In this document: piece by piece, positions 14,320 through 27,070 of the stretch | Layout of the letters: each line of letters opens with the position of its first letter | How positions within the stretch are numbered: the first letter of the stretch is position 1 | Source: the human T2T-CHM13v2.0 reference genome, Homo sapiens | Reading direction: 5' to 3' (one strand) | Assembly: GCF_009914755.1 (NCBI RefSeq) | Contig: NC_060940.1 | DNA: 64,000 nt | Program-made: the position numbers and the translations under genes | Notes under the pieces: model-generated | What the model was told of the DNA's origin: nothing | Database searches by the model: none | Seen by the model: the letters and a program-made list of their open reading frames with translations, nothing else

Positions 14320-14497
14320 GTTCTTGAGCTTGCAAGCCATGTGTTGGATCATCTGTTTTGCTTCGCCTTTGTGGCATGAAAGCAATCTTAGATAACACTT
14401 ACATAAATGAATGCACATGACTGCATCTGAGAGAAACTTTTTTACATAAAAATACTGGCTGTGTGTTGACTTGACTGGTGGACCCTAGTTTGCTGAG
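14320..14497 (+). mobile_element. MER58A-like hAT-Charlie DNA transposon fragment
   Basis: gtggcatgaaagca..taaatgaatg..aaacttt..tagtttgctga, resembling recalled MER58A. Confidence 0.65.
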
Positions 14498-15875
14498 TGA
14501 CAGGGTTGCCTGCACTTGAACATCCTGCTCGTGTGGCTCTGAGTAGTTCTTACCTGGATGACTTAGTCACCAAAATGTATGTTGTAAGTAAAAGAAGCCC
14601 CTTGGAGCTAGGCTGAGCCAGAGAGGCAGTTTTTTGGGGAAATGCATTGGTGTCACGTTTGGTATGCATTGGATGCAGAAATTGCATCCCTGATTTATGC
14701 GAAAAGCAGGCTATTCGACCAGGTATCAGGAGTTGCGGAATAAGAGATGCAAATGCTGTCTGGAACAGCAGGTGCCATTCTTAGAAAAATAGATATGGGG
14801 GATGTAGAGGAACACCAAAAGTATTTCCCAACTATCACTCCTAAAACAACTTTGCTCAGTAGCTGTCTCCCCCTGCCACTTTTTAAACTCTACAGCACAT
14901 TTTAAGTGCCTTGTCCGAGCCTGGCCAGAGGGACGTCTCTCTGCTTCTACAAGAATACCTTGATGATATTTCCCAGCTGAAAAGACTTACCTCTCTCCTC
15001 TCACCCTATACCCAGGAAGTTTTAATTTTATGGAGATTGAAATAATCAGGTCTCATGTGTATATTTCCTTTCAAACCACTGCGTTCGCCTGTTTTGAATT
15101 CAATGGCCTGTCTTATGTACTCGGTGGAGAAATAATATAAACAAACCTTGAAATTTCCCTGGAGTTCAGCTTCCCTTTTCATACTGGGTCTAGCTAAAGT
15201 TTGGAGCCAACTAAAAAGAGCCTCATTGCCTTACACACACCCTGTTATCTCTGGCGGGTTCAAATGCAATTTCTCTGAGAAGGCTGTGGTACCTCTGCTC
15301 TCTCTGGCCTTGAATCTGAGCGTCTAAGGATTTCTTTGGAGTACACACAGTTGCATCCTTCTGACAGACAGTGCAAATTAAAAGATCCGGCGCGGCCCAG
15401 GAACCAGGGACCCAAACTTGCCCCTTGGGTTTTCATTTACAGTTAGGCACTGCAGACACAATTATTGCTGACAGGGAAGCGGAGCTGGTGGCAGAGTGCG
15501 CCTGACAGGAGGCTCATGCCAGCCCATAATTGGGAGGATTATTTTTAATCAGAACATACCCTACAGCCCAAACATTAGAAATCTCCTGTAAGGCCAAGAC
15601 AGGAAATTAAACACACCAACAATAAGGCTCAAAGGGAGGCGGTGTGTGGGGTGTAATATTGTTAGTCTCTCGGAGGTCCCTAGAGCTTCGGGGAGAAGTT
15701 TGCTTCCCTACAGAGGGAGGCTGGGAGGAACAGAAGCAGACACAGAGACTATACCTGAGCCCTTGTTGAATGGGCAAATGCAGCCAAATTAAATGCAGCA
15801 GAAACACTAATTGCATTTAAGTGCAATGTGTAATGCGTTTGTTTCTTGCAAATGCAATGACGCTTATTGACTTTA

Positions 15876-16165
15876 GTAGTAGTAGTAGCATTTTGAGACA
15901 GAGTCTCGCTGTGTCGCCCAGGCTGGAGTGCAGTGGCACGATCTCAGCTCACTGCAACCTCTGTTCAAGTGATTCTCCTGCCTCAGCCTCCCGAGGAGCT
16001 GGGAATATAGGTGCCTGCCACCACGCCCAGCTAATTTTTGTATTTTTAGTAGGGATGGGGTTTCACCATATTGGTCAGGCTGGTCTCGAACTTCTGACCT
16101 CGTGATCCGCCCACCTCGGCCTACGAAAGTGCTGGGATTACAGGCGTGAGCCACCACACCCAGCC
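15876..16165 (-). mobile_element. AluS with (CTA)n-converted tail
   Basis: TSD gcttattg(a/c)cttta at 15862-15875 and 16166-16179. Confidence 0.93.
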
Positions 16166-16439
16166 GCTTATTGCCTTTAAGCAGCATAAGCCACATGTAA
16201 ACCTTGGAATAGCGGATACAATTGTATTTCATCAGTAAGAGAAGAGCCTCACTGGTTCCTTATTTTTAGGAATCTTCAGTGAGCACTTACTACGTGGCAG
16301 GTGCTGTGATGGCTTATGATACTAGGCTATGCTGAAAGTCATCTGGATGATCTTATTGCCTTGGCAAAATTTTGCACAGCACAGTAAAACTTTGTTTATT
16401 AAAAGGATTGTTGTTGAAGAAGTAGGCGTAGCGCTTGGC

Positions 16440-16640
16440 TGTTTGGCTCCAGTAATATTTATTTAGTAGTAGTGCCAGGTAATTTAGCTGTAGTGTCCTC
16501 ACATCAACCCTCTGAGGTGGGCATTATTATACCCATTCTATGGACAAAAAAACTGAAGCTCCAAGCGGTCAAGCAGCTTGCCCAGAACTAATAAGATAAC
16601 TGACTTTGAAACCAAATCTGTGTCCAAAACCTGTAGGATG
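16440..16640 (-). mobile_element. MIR
   Basis: aaccctctgaggtgggcattattatacccattc..aaactgaagctc..cttgcccag core. Confidence 0.6.
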
Positions 16641-16984
16641 TCAAACTATTTGTCAAACTGTACTGTCACTCATGAATATGACTGGGCACAGCCTGGTGCT
16701 TCGAGGTGCTGCCACTCCAATAGAAAAGACAGATGTAGAGACAGATGTCTACGAATGAAGAGTCTATAGAGATGCTAACTGGATTCTAAGAGTGGGGAAC
16801 ACGGCATGATTCACTGTGCTTGGGGAGTCAGCCAGGACTCCCTGAAGCTATGAAGAACAGGTGCACATTTACCAGTGGTTTAAAAAAAAAGAACAGAATC
16901 CCAGACATAGGAAACAAGTAGTGCACAGGCACAGTGTTATCAGAGATGCTAGGACATTTCAATTTAGTTTAGAACTATTGGCTT

Positions 16985-17325
<341 letters not shown>

Positions 17326-18617
17326 TTAGGCTCACTCAACAAATATAAAGGGAGAAAATGAATCTCTCTTTGGGGAACGCTCATCACAGAGACCAAGCAT
17401 CTGATGTGGGGATGGGATGGGAAGCAAAAGGAGATGATGTTGGAGAATCCGCTCCTGAAGTCAAAGGATATTCCATGCTGTCCTCACTGTGTGAAATGCC
17501 TACGCCTGATGGCAGGGAAAGGTGGTGCTTTAACCCATGACTGTCCTTAGAAAAGCAACCACAGGTTTACAGTAACATTACGTATTGCTTCTGAGGCTGG
17601 AGTTCAGGGTGCAGAGATCTTCAGTGAGTCCAGGAAGGCATGAATCTTTCGCATGGCAGACTGAGGCCCATCAGATACTCTGACTGCAGTAGTGGTTACT
17701 GCTAAGCAGCTTCCTGTTATGTGGCTGGGAGTCACTGGATTCCCATGGGGAGGGCTTCTATCTCCAATCTAAGGTGGCTTCAGTGCACTTCCTGTCTAGT
17801 TCACTTCTCCCATCCCAGGTGTGATGGGCACTAACCTCTCTACCACCAGGAATCGCACATCATAATCCCTGAGTGGTATCAAGCAACCCTGGGCAGCTTG
17901 CTGATTTGGCTTCAGGGTCCTTTCAAGGACAGTTAAACGCCAGACACCTGAATGAGGTCAGGGGCTGCTGTGAGGCTTGGAGAGCATGTATGCAATCATA
18001 ATCCCTGATGTGATCAAGATACAGTTTGCTTCCCTGCCTGCAGGGTGGGTACAAAATCCCAACTTAGGTGAGGCACCACCCTCTGAGATGGTCTTATACA
18101 TAATTGCATTGTTTGCTAGCAACAGAAATCCATTCAAACTCACTCAATAAATGGGCATGTTTCTTACACAGCACAGGAGCACAGAAGTGAGTTTCAGCAC
18201 TAAAAGTCAGGAGGTGTTCTAGGTCCCAGGAAGAACCAGCATTTCTGAACCGCTGTGTAATCAGGAAACAAGGCAGCCCTTACCCTCCCGCCCCAAAACC
18301 CTCCTCCATGGCTCTTCCACTCTCTTCTTCTTCTCTCTCTCATTGCTACTTCTGCTGTTTTCTGCACACGTGGCAGAGAAGAGTGACCCCACAGTTACTG
18401 ACGACACTTAAGTGTGCCTTGCAAATTCCTAGGAGAAAATTGAACCTAGATAGGGTGAGGTTTCGTCTGTTCTGAACATAGCACTTACTAATGGAGCCAG
18501 GATCAGGCGCTGCAGACCCAATTTCTGGCACTATGCTAGACAGAGATGGGGAAGGGAAATGACTTTTGGGGAGGCTGAGTGTGTCTAAAATTAGCCATAG
18601 GATGACTAAGCCGATAG

Positions 18618-18757
18618 TTCCTTCTTTCCTTCCTTCCTTCCTTCCTTCCTTCCTTCCTTCCTTCCTTCCTTCCTCCATTCCTTCCTTCCTTCCTTACTTC
18701 TTTCCTTCCCCCTCCCTCCGTCCCTCCCTGTTTCCCTACCTTCCATCTTTTCTTCCT
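18618..18757. repeat. (TTCC)n/(GGAA)n microsatellite with polypyrimidine extension
   Basis: 12 perfect TTCC units at 18626-18673. Confidence 0.95.
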
Positions 18758-18759
18758 TG

Positions 18760-19330
18760 GGTAAATATTTACTGAATGTCTGCCATATCCATAGCATTGT
18801 GATCAGAGTTAAAATAGTGAGCAAAACCCACACAGCTCCTGCCCTCATGGAGCTAACTAACATGCTGGTGAGACAGGCAAACTTTCATCAAATAATTTTT
18901 CTAATAATTTTTAATTGGATGCAAAATGCAAACTGGGATATGGGCTATGAAGAAAGGGTGATGGGCTCTTAAAGCCATGTGGTCAGGGGGTTCCAACAGG
19001 AAGCAGCAATGCACTGGAGTTAATTAGGTGCTAAAAGCATCCCCAGTCAAAGCCATAGCATGCCAGGCATCCCTGTGGCAGGTGAGGAGTAAAGTGTGGT
19101 CCAGAATGGGAAAGTCCATGGTGCTGGTACCCGGGACTGGGGGGAAGTGTGATCTCCTTACTAACAAATAAATAAGGCTGGAGCTGTGTCTAGGAGCAAA
19201 TCATTAGGGATGTCAGGAGTAAGGTAGGTTTGGAATGAAATGGGAAGCCAGCAATGTAGGATTTAAACAATCAAGTAACACAGTCACATTTACATTTTGT
19301 AAGGGTCACACTCCTTGACCTGCATGGGGG
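18760..19330 (-). mobile_element. L2 fragment
   Basis: aaatatttactgaatgtctgc..cctgccctcatggagcta L2 3' motif. Confidence 0.6.
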
Positions 19331-21029
19331 CAAGGGGTGCAAGCCTGGAGGCAGGAGGAGATGGCATTGCATTCATTGCCTGGGGAAGTCTATGAAGCAG
19401 TTCATGGCAGAATCTATGGAAACAGAAACGTTGCAGTAGCCAGCCCTGTTTAGAGAGTCAGAGTTAGAAAAAAACTACATTCTGGCTGTCCAAGGGTCAT
19501 CAACACCAGTGTTTTGGAAGTAATCGGTTTGCTATTTTGTGCATCCATTTGGATGGAGTGCATAGGTGAAGGTAGCTAATGCATGAACTGAGCATTCACC
19601 TTCATTCTGCCTGACTTTGTTCCAATGTCCTCCGAGTTTCCTTCACTTGCAGCTCTTTAGCTTCTATGTAATCTTGGTACAATGAAAATTGTGCCCAATT
19701 CCACTGGGACCTGAGATTCTCCCTGGTCACAAATTGCTCTTCACGTAGTTTGCAAGAGTAATTGCAAACTCAGAACATTTTAGTTAAAAAAAAAAATAAC
19801 ACTAAATCACTCTTCTGGAACTCTAGAGAGCATATTAGGGTTTTCTTGCTGTCTGGTACCATTGTTAATGATCATTTCTGTTCTCGCTTTATAACAATGG
19901 TTCTCAGCCTCTGTTTTTATAAAATAATCCCCCTAAATGACTTTACAGGTTCTTATTAGTGGAAAGGAGGGGCTATAAAATTCATTTCAACTGTAGGTTG
20001 GATTAAGACCAGATGTAAAGGTGTGGGTTTGGACTCAGATGGACATGAAATTCAATGTTATTACCTGGGTACCAAGTACGGTAGCACCAAAGAAGGCCCA
20101 GTTGCTCAGAGAAACCTCTTTCTGGAATGAAGGTCAATGTCCTTTCTTGGTGCTGTAACCCTCTGGGGCAAGGAAGAATCACTTGTTAGGCTACCCAATG
20201 TAGTGAGCAGTACATAAGGGGCCGTTTCCCAGACTACATAGTTACAGTGTTGAATTAAACATTGCCCTTGCCTTCCAGAAATTCACAGCCTGGGTAGGCC
20301 AAGTCCACAAAAAGTTAGAAAGGATGTATATTCTGCTTCTGATAGAAGAATATGCCAATGGCCATAGGGACCTCCCCTAAAATTCAGGCCCACTGGAAGG
20401 GTCAATGAAAGTTACAGAGAGCACGCTTGGGTAGATGTTCAAGTCTCAAGACTCCAGACCTTCCATGAGTTCAAATGGGGCCAGGTGAAGGGCAGTTTAG
20501 GATGAGAGAAGGTTGTAATCGAAGGGCTAAAGGAATACTAGTGCACTGTGTCTTAAGTATTTGATTTAGCTGGATCTTAGAATGTAAGGATATGTTCGGA
20601 GATGGAGGAAGTGACAGGAAAGAGGGGGTAGGAGCTGAAAAGGTTGAACCTGACCATGGTAGCTATTATTTTTAATAAATGAGAGGATGCATGCAAATTT
20701 TGATATGAAGTTTGGGCTGTACTAGGGATTCAGTGAAACTACAACTACTATAATTATTAGGACTCAGATAATCCTGCATTGGAGGCATACTGTGAATCTC
20801 TAGAAGAGAACCATGTATTTTGACTATTTCTATTCTAATTATTCTAACTATTCTTCCCAAATCATGTTCTTCCACTTCTCACCTTTACGATGTCAGCTCC
20901 GTTGCCACTTCCTTGATGGAGCCTTCCCCACTGTCCCCGGTGAAGATCTGTCTATCTTCCCCACTGGACTGTAGGCACCAAGGGGACAGTTCCTGACATT
21001 TAGAAGGCTTAATAAACAATAAACTTTTA

Positions 21030-21220
21030 AAAAGCACCGACTTTGTGCTAAGCACAATGCTACTTGTTTTACAAATATTAACTTTTAATATTCACCTGAA
21101 TTCCTTGAGGCAGGTACTGTTTATTCCCATTTTAATGATGAAGAAACTCAGACAAAGAAAGGTTGAGTGACTTGGCCATGGTCACAAAGTTAGAAGGTAG
21201 TGAAGCCAAGGATGACTGGA
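21030..21220 (-). mobile_element. MIR
   Basis: cccattttaatgatgaagaaactcag..gtgacttggccatggtcaca. Confidence 0.7.
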
Positions 21221-21221
21221 A

Positions 21222-21570
21222 AGATGGATGGATGGGTAGGTGGGTGGATGGATGGGTAGTTAAATGGGGGACAGATGGATAGATAGATGGGTGGATGGGT
21301 GGACGGATGGATGAATGGGTGGGTGGATGGATGGATGGATGGATGGGTGGATGGATCGATGGGTCTATGGGTGGATAGGTGAGGGATGGGTGGGTAGATG
21401 GATGGATGGGTGAATCGGTGGATGGGTGGATGGGTGGGTGGATGGGTAGGTAGATAGGTGGATGGATGGATGGGTGGATGGGTGGGTGAGTACATGGATG
21501 GATGGATGGATGGATGGATGGATGGATGGATGGATAGATGGATGGATGGATAGATGGATGGATGAATGAG
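21222..21570. repeat. (GGAT/GGGT)n microsatellite
   Basis: ~350 bp of ggat/gggt units. Confidence 0.95.
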
Positions 21571-21825
21571 TGCATCATTGCTGTTTGTTGACACTAGCCC
21601 ATGAGATTGGTCATTTTTATTAGTTGAAAGAAATTGAAAACATCAAAATGCAAAGCAAAAGGCTATTGAAGGGTGAATACTATCACCACCATTTCAACCA
21701 CTGAATAGCTCTATCTATTCTTGGGTCTCTCTGCAGGTCACCCCTCTTTCCAATATTTTGAAGTCACTTGATGTTTTTAGGTGTTGTAATTTATCAACAA
21801 GAGGGGACTCACCAGATGTGAAGAC

Positions 21826-21910
21826 TACACACACATATATATATCCACATACATACACATATGTCATCTTCATTTATATGTATATCTGTATATCTATATA
21901 TCTAGATATA
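21826..21910. repeat. (CA)/(TA) low-complexity tract
   Basis: Directly visible. Confidence 0.8.
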
Positions 21911-22589
21911 CCTATCACATTAGGAAAGGGGGTATATTGTCTAAACATATCTGCAAATAATGTTTAAAATTTACCTCTAAATCTTGTGAACTTTGTTGAG
22001 TCTTGGCGTAAATTGTACTGCTGCTTTATAAGAGTAATTCAATTATCGATGGATCAGGATTCCAGAACCCTGCAAAGTAGTCCCGTCTCTGCTACTTAAG
22101 TTTCTCCCCAGAGAGGAAACAAGTCAGTATCCCAACCCCCTTGGGTATAGGATGCCGTAAACATCTTTCAGATCTACCAGAACTCTTGATTTTTCTGGTA
22201 GGAGATGACCTCTCTTTCAACTCACTGAACTATAGGAGATTATAATAGCCATTTGCAGTTTAGGTGATATTTGGTTTATTTAAATATCAATGAACATGAA
22301 TCTCACTCCCTGTGATTGGGTGATGATAGCCATATTTATGAAATTTATTACTGCTAGGATACCTTGTATCATAATTCTACTCATTGCAAAATTAAATCAT
22401 TTCCATATTTGAACTTTAAGTAAGTATCACCTGAATGCACATTGTAGAATCCTGCAGTTCTAGCGTTGAAAGGAAATTTAGAATTTATTTCATCCAAGCT
22501 AATTCCTAGGGGGAAAATCCATAATGATATATCTGAAATGTCAACCTCCAGTCTTACCTTGAACACCTCCTGTGACAAGAACTCATGGT

Positions 22590-22790
22590 GTAAGAGAAGA
22601 ATACAGAAGAGTACTTCCAAGCTTGGTGTTGACTTGCCCGAGTTCAAATTCAGGCTTCACGATGTACATGCATGTCTTGTCAACTGTGGGAGCTGTCTGG
22701 GCCTCAGTTTCCTCTTCTGAAATAGAGAAGATAATAACACCTTCTTTGCCAGGATCTGAGAGGATGTAATAAAAATACATCGAAGAACTG
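22590..22790 (+). mobile_element. MIR
   Basis: gagttcaaat..ctgggcctcagtttcctcttctgaaat core. Confidence 0.65.
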
Positions 22791-22951
22791 AATCATTTTC
22801 ATCATCATCATCACCATCATTGCTGTTAAATTCACAATATAGTCAGAACCTATTTTGAAGGTTGGTCCATATTACTATGACAAAAAAAGTGCGGACAAAA
22901 TTCAAGAATACATTTCTTGATACTAAAGTCATTCCCCTTTTTCTTCTTTAG

Positions 22952-23014
22952 GAAACTGGTCAAAGAACTCATGCAAGTGGAACTTACAGCTTCCTTGATC
23001 GGACTCAGCATTCA
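22952..23014 (+). other. RBFOX1: 63-nt internal exon of RBFOX1 5' region (5'UTR in canonical transcripts; open frame ETGQRTHASGTYSFLDRTQHS)
   Basis: Branch-like TACTAAA (22921-22927), pyrimidine tract ttccccttttttcttcttt-like ending in AG (22950-22951), donor TCA|GTAAGT (23015-23020), length 63 nt. Sequence and length recalled as RBFOX1 exon 2; not verified by alignment. Confidence 0.8.
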
Positions 23015-24070
23015 GTAAGTGCAACCCATTTTGAACATTCATTCCATAAATACATCCATGTCTTTGATCCTGTTCTCTCTGAAAAGCTCTTTTCTGCAGG
23101 TTTGAAGTTGTTACAAAAACTTTGCTGCCTGCCTATGTCTTTCTCTTCTGCCCTATTGTATCAGAGATGAGAAGAGGGCCTGCAAGGTAGAACCACCCTC
23201 CTTTAGCCCTCCCTCCCCAATGAACCTGGGAAATTTGTGAGGTTATCAATGAGTTAACTGCGCCTTTATTAGCTGGGGATTAAAATAAAATGTGTTTTTG
23301 GTTTCTTTTTTTCTCCCCCTAAGGTTTTCTTATCAGGAGACATTCTGTCCCCCTTCTGAGTCACATGACCCTGCAAAGTAGAAAGAAATGCCAGCAAACA
23401 CAGATCAGTTACCGAGAGCATGTATTTCTTGAGGCATTTAAGAACAGTTCATTTGCTCTTTTTGAGCTGGAATACATGACTATGATCTGAAAATTACTGC
23501 AAAAAAAAAAGAAATTTTTTACTTTAAGATGCTGGGGTACATTATAGAAATTTCATTTGTTTTCAGCAAGTAAGCATTTTTCCACTTTCTGCCTTTCTCA
23601 TTGCATGCAAGGACTTTATTTTTGGTGAAGGTAGCAGTATTTTGTCCAATTTTCTCAGCTCTCTTTTTTTATATGCAGATATACTCTAGCATTTGGGGTA
23701 GCACCTTCACAAAGTCTCTGATGTCAGCCCTCCTCTGCAATAGTTTTATGGGTGAACAGCTTGTTTTAAGAAGAAATCTGTAATAATTTAATTATAAATA
23801 TCAAAATTTTAAAAGGCTAGCTGAAAGAAATATTTATTTTTCAAGATGTAGCTTCCTTCATAGGAATGCAGAATTTCTTAGCAGGTTCTACTTCTGAAAG
23901 TGCTGGAGTATAATTTGATACATCAAATATCAGCCCATGTCATAAAGGAGCAGGTAGAATTGGAGGACATGGGACTCCAGGCCTGCAAGAGGCTGATCAA
24001 AGGGAATTCTTTTGCCCTCAGTGGGATTGCAGGACTCTTTCTATTGTCTTGGAATTTGCATATTCAAATG

Positions 24071-24317
24071 CAGAGGGGAAGGAGGCAGAGATAGAAAGAA
24101 CTAAAAAGATGGTGTATTAGCTGTTAGCTACATCAGAATGACTTAGCGTAACCCTGATCAGCTAACGCTTGTATCTCACAGGAGATTAGACTGGCAGCTT
24201 TTGTTCCTAATAATAAAGGAAATTCCATCTCTAATTCCCTACGTGCCACATCTATCTTTTCATGCCTTTGAAGTTCAGGCTTCGGCATTTCTTGAAAACT
24301 GGGAGGTTTTGTAAGTA
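24071..24317 (+). repeat. Local direct duplication A, donor copy
   Basis: 247 bp, ungapped, ~24 mismatches to 26074-26320 by hand count. Confidence 0.95.
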
Positions 24318-25309
24318 AAAAGGTGGGGGCTGTTTGGCATGAAGTCTGTTCAAATCTATTTAGTGTAAAGTTAAATTTGCTTGTTACTTGATCTTTTTCT
24401 GTTTAAAGCAGCATCTTTCTCATAGATGCCTTTGTTGGTGCTTGGGCAGGGAGGGGAGGGATGGAGGACATAAGGTTTCAAGGATGGGTTTTCAGATCAT
24501 ACATGACCTTCTCATTCCTCTGTCTTCTGAATATGATTGAAATTGCTGCTTCTCTGAAAGAAATTCCTGTTCCAACCCTGCACTGGGATTGAAACTTTTA
24601 ACCTAAGGGAGGCTGTGGTCCCTAAGATAATTAGTACATGGATGTAAGGGAGCTCATGTTAATTTGTCTATGGATATGGTATTTCTGTATCTACAACTGC
24701 CATCTAAAGAGAGACATTAAAAAAAGTATTAATTTACTGCTCTAAACCAGTGAGCAGATATAATTTTTTTTAAAGAAATCATTTTAGAAAGGAAGCAATG
24801 GCAAGATGCCTTATTGGGGATGTTTATGGGTATTGATCCCTCTTAGTGTATCTAGTAGGTTTCCATCCTGTCCTTGGGATTGCAGCTTCTCTGATACAGC
24901 AAACCTCAATCCCCTTCAGAGACCAAGCAGTCACTTCCTCTGGAACAAACATTGAATTCTGGGACGTCGCCTGGTTATCAGGAAGGCAGATGATTTGACA
25001 TCTAAGCTGGCCACATGCCTGGGTTTTGTGTGTTCTTCACCCATAACATGTTGGATGCATGCTGGTTGAGAAATTGCTCCAGTCTCTTACAGGATTTTAG
25101 CAGGAGCGATGACCTAGTAGTTGGAATTTGTACATGGCTGACACTGGGCCTGGGCTGATGTTGTGAAGAATGCCATATTTTAGTCTGAATCCAGGTTTTG
25201 ATATGTCCATTGGCTTCAGAAAATTAATTTTCATTTCCTGCTTCCAAAATTTGGTTATTCTTGTTTAATTTTTTCCAGAATGTTTCCTTTGCATCGGTAC
25301 CCTTTGGAT

Positions 25310-25602
25310 TGCTGTTTGTTCAATAGTATATTACCCCTCATGATATCCACAGCATTTACTGTCGTGTTGGTAGACCATGAGTACTTGTTGGATATAATGA
25401 TGGTCGAACAGGTACAACAATGGAAAGCTGAATAGGTAGATGAATGCTTCTTAACTCCTGATGGAGTATTGTGTAAATTGGAGAAAGATGGCATTGACAT
25501 TAGACAAGAGACCAGTATGGGTGTTTCTGATGGTTGGTTTCTATTCCCCAATACTCTTCTTCAAAGCTTTCACTTCTACTTTGACAGGTCTAGAGTAACA
25601 GA
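25310..25602 (+). repeat. Local direct duplication B, copy 1
   Basis: ~75-80% identical to 27535-27835; shared perfect 22-mer tcttcaaagctttcacttctac. Confidence 0.9.
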
Positions 25603-25996
25603 TTGGCCAATGCACATGGTGTAAGAGAATGAGCTCCCAGGAACCAGCATCTGTTTTCTAGCTCTCCACATCCCTTTGTTGTTATCTGTGTGCTAAGAGG
25701 AAAGCCACAGAAAGCTCACAGTAGCAGGGTCGGTGTTGGAACTTAAGCCTCAGCATGATTTTCTACAACTTGAAAATTTAACTTCCAAGAGGTTTCCTTG
25801 ATCTCTATTTTCCTATCAGGCTAAAAATCCCATGGCATGCTGCATCATGTTTATAATTAATTAATTGTGCAAACTTTATTTTTATGTTTGTCTTTTTCTT
25901 TGGTCTAGTGCTATCCAATACACCATGTCTGTGATTATAGGAATATTTTTTTTTCACCAAGTCTTAATGAGGTATTATTGACCAATAAGAATTGCG

Positions 25997-26474
25997 TCAA
26001 TTTCAAAAGCATACTCTTAATATAATTGGCTTTGGTGACTGAGAGGGGGAAGGTTGGGAGGAGGTTGAGGGTACAGATAAGAAGAAGGTGGAGACAGAAA
26101 GAACTAAAAAGATGGTGTATTAGCTGTTAGTTATATCGGAATGACTTAGCGTAACCCTAATCAGCTGATGCTTGTATCACACAGGAGATTAGACTCGCAG
26201 CTTTTGTCCCTAATAATAAAGGAAATTCCATCTCTAATTCCCTACATGCCACATCTATCTTTTCCTGTCCTTGAAGCTCAGGCTTCAGCATTTCCTGAAA
26301 AGTGGGAGGTTTTGTAAGTATTGGGTAGAGAGGGCACTGCTTGGGTGATGGGTTGTTTGGGTGATGAGTGTGCCAAAACCTCAAAAATCGCCACTAAAGA
26401 ACTCATCCATGTAACCAAAAACCACCTGTACCCCTAAAAGTATTGAAATAAAAATAAAATTTAATTTTTTTTTA
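25997..26474 (+). mobile_element. L1PB 3' end, split by duplication A and itself inserted in a minus-strand L1MA 3' end
   Basis: ggctttggtgactgagagggggaaggttgggag | ccactaaagaactcatccatgtaaccaaaaaccacctg; TSD aattgcg at 25990-25996 and 26475-26481. Confidence 0.8.
26074..26320 (+). repeat. Local direct duplication A, inserted copy
   Basis: Matches 24071-24317 at an offset of 2003 bp. Confidence 0.95.
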
Positions 26475-26700
26475 AATTGCGAAGATTTAAGGTATATATG
26501 AGACATGTTAATGTACATATACCTTGTGAAATGATTACCACAATCAAGCTACTTAACATACTTATCACCTTACATAGTTAACCCTGCTAAGAGAATAGAT
26601 AAGGAATATTCTTTATCTGTGCTGTTCAATATGGTTACCAGCAGCCAGACGGAGCAAGTGAACGCTTGAAATGTGACTATTACACCTGAAAACTAACTGA

Positions 26701-27054
<354 letters not shown>

Positions 27055-27070
27055 TAAATGTGTTACTTTA

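Noticed and set aside
21132-21594. His/Pro-rich 134-148 aa ORFs
   Set aside because: Translation of the (ATCC)n microsatellite.
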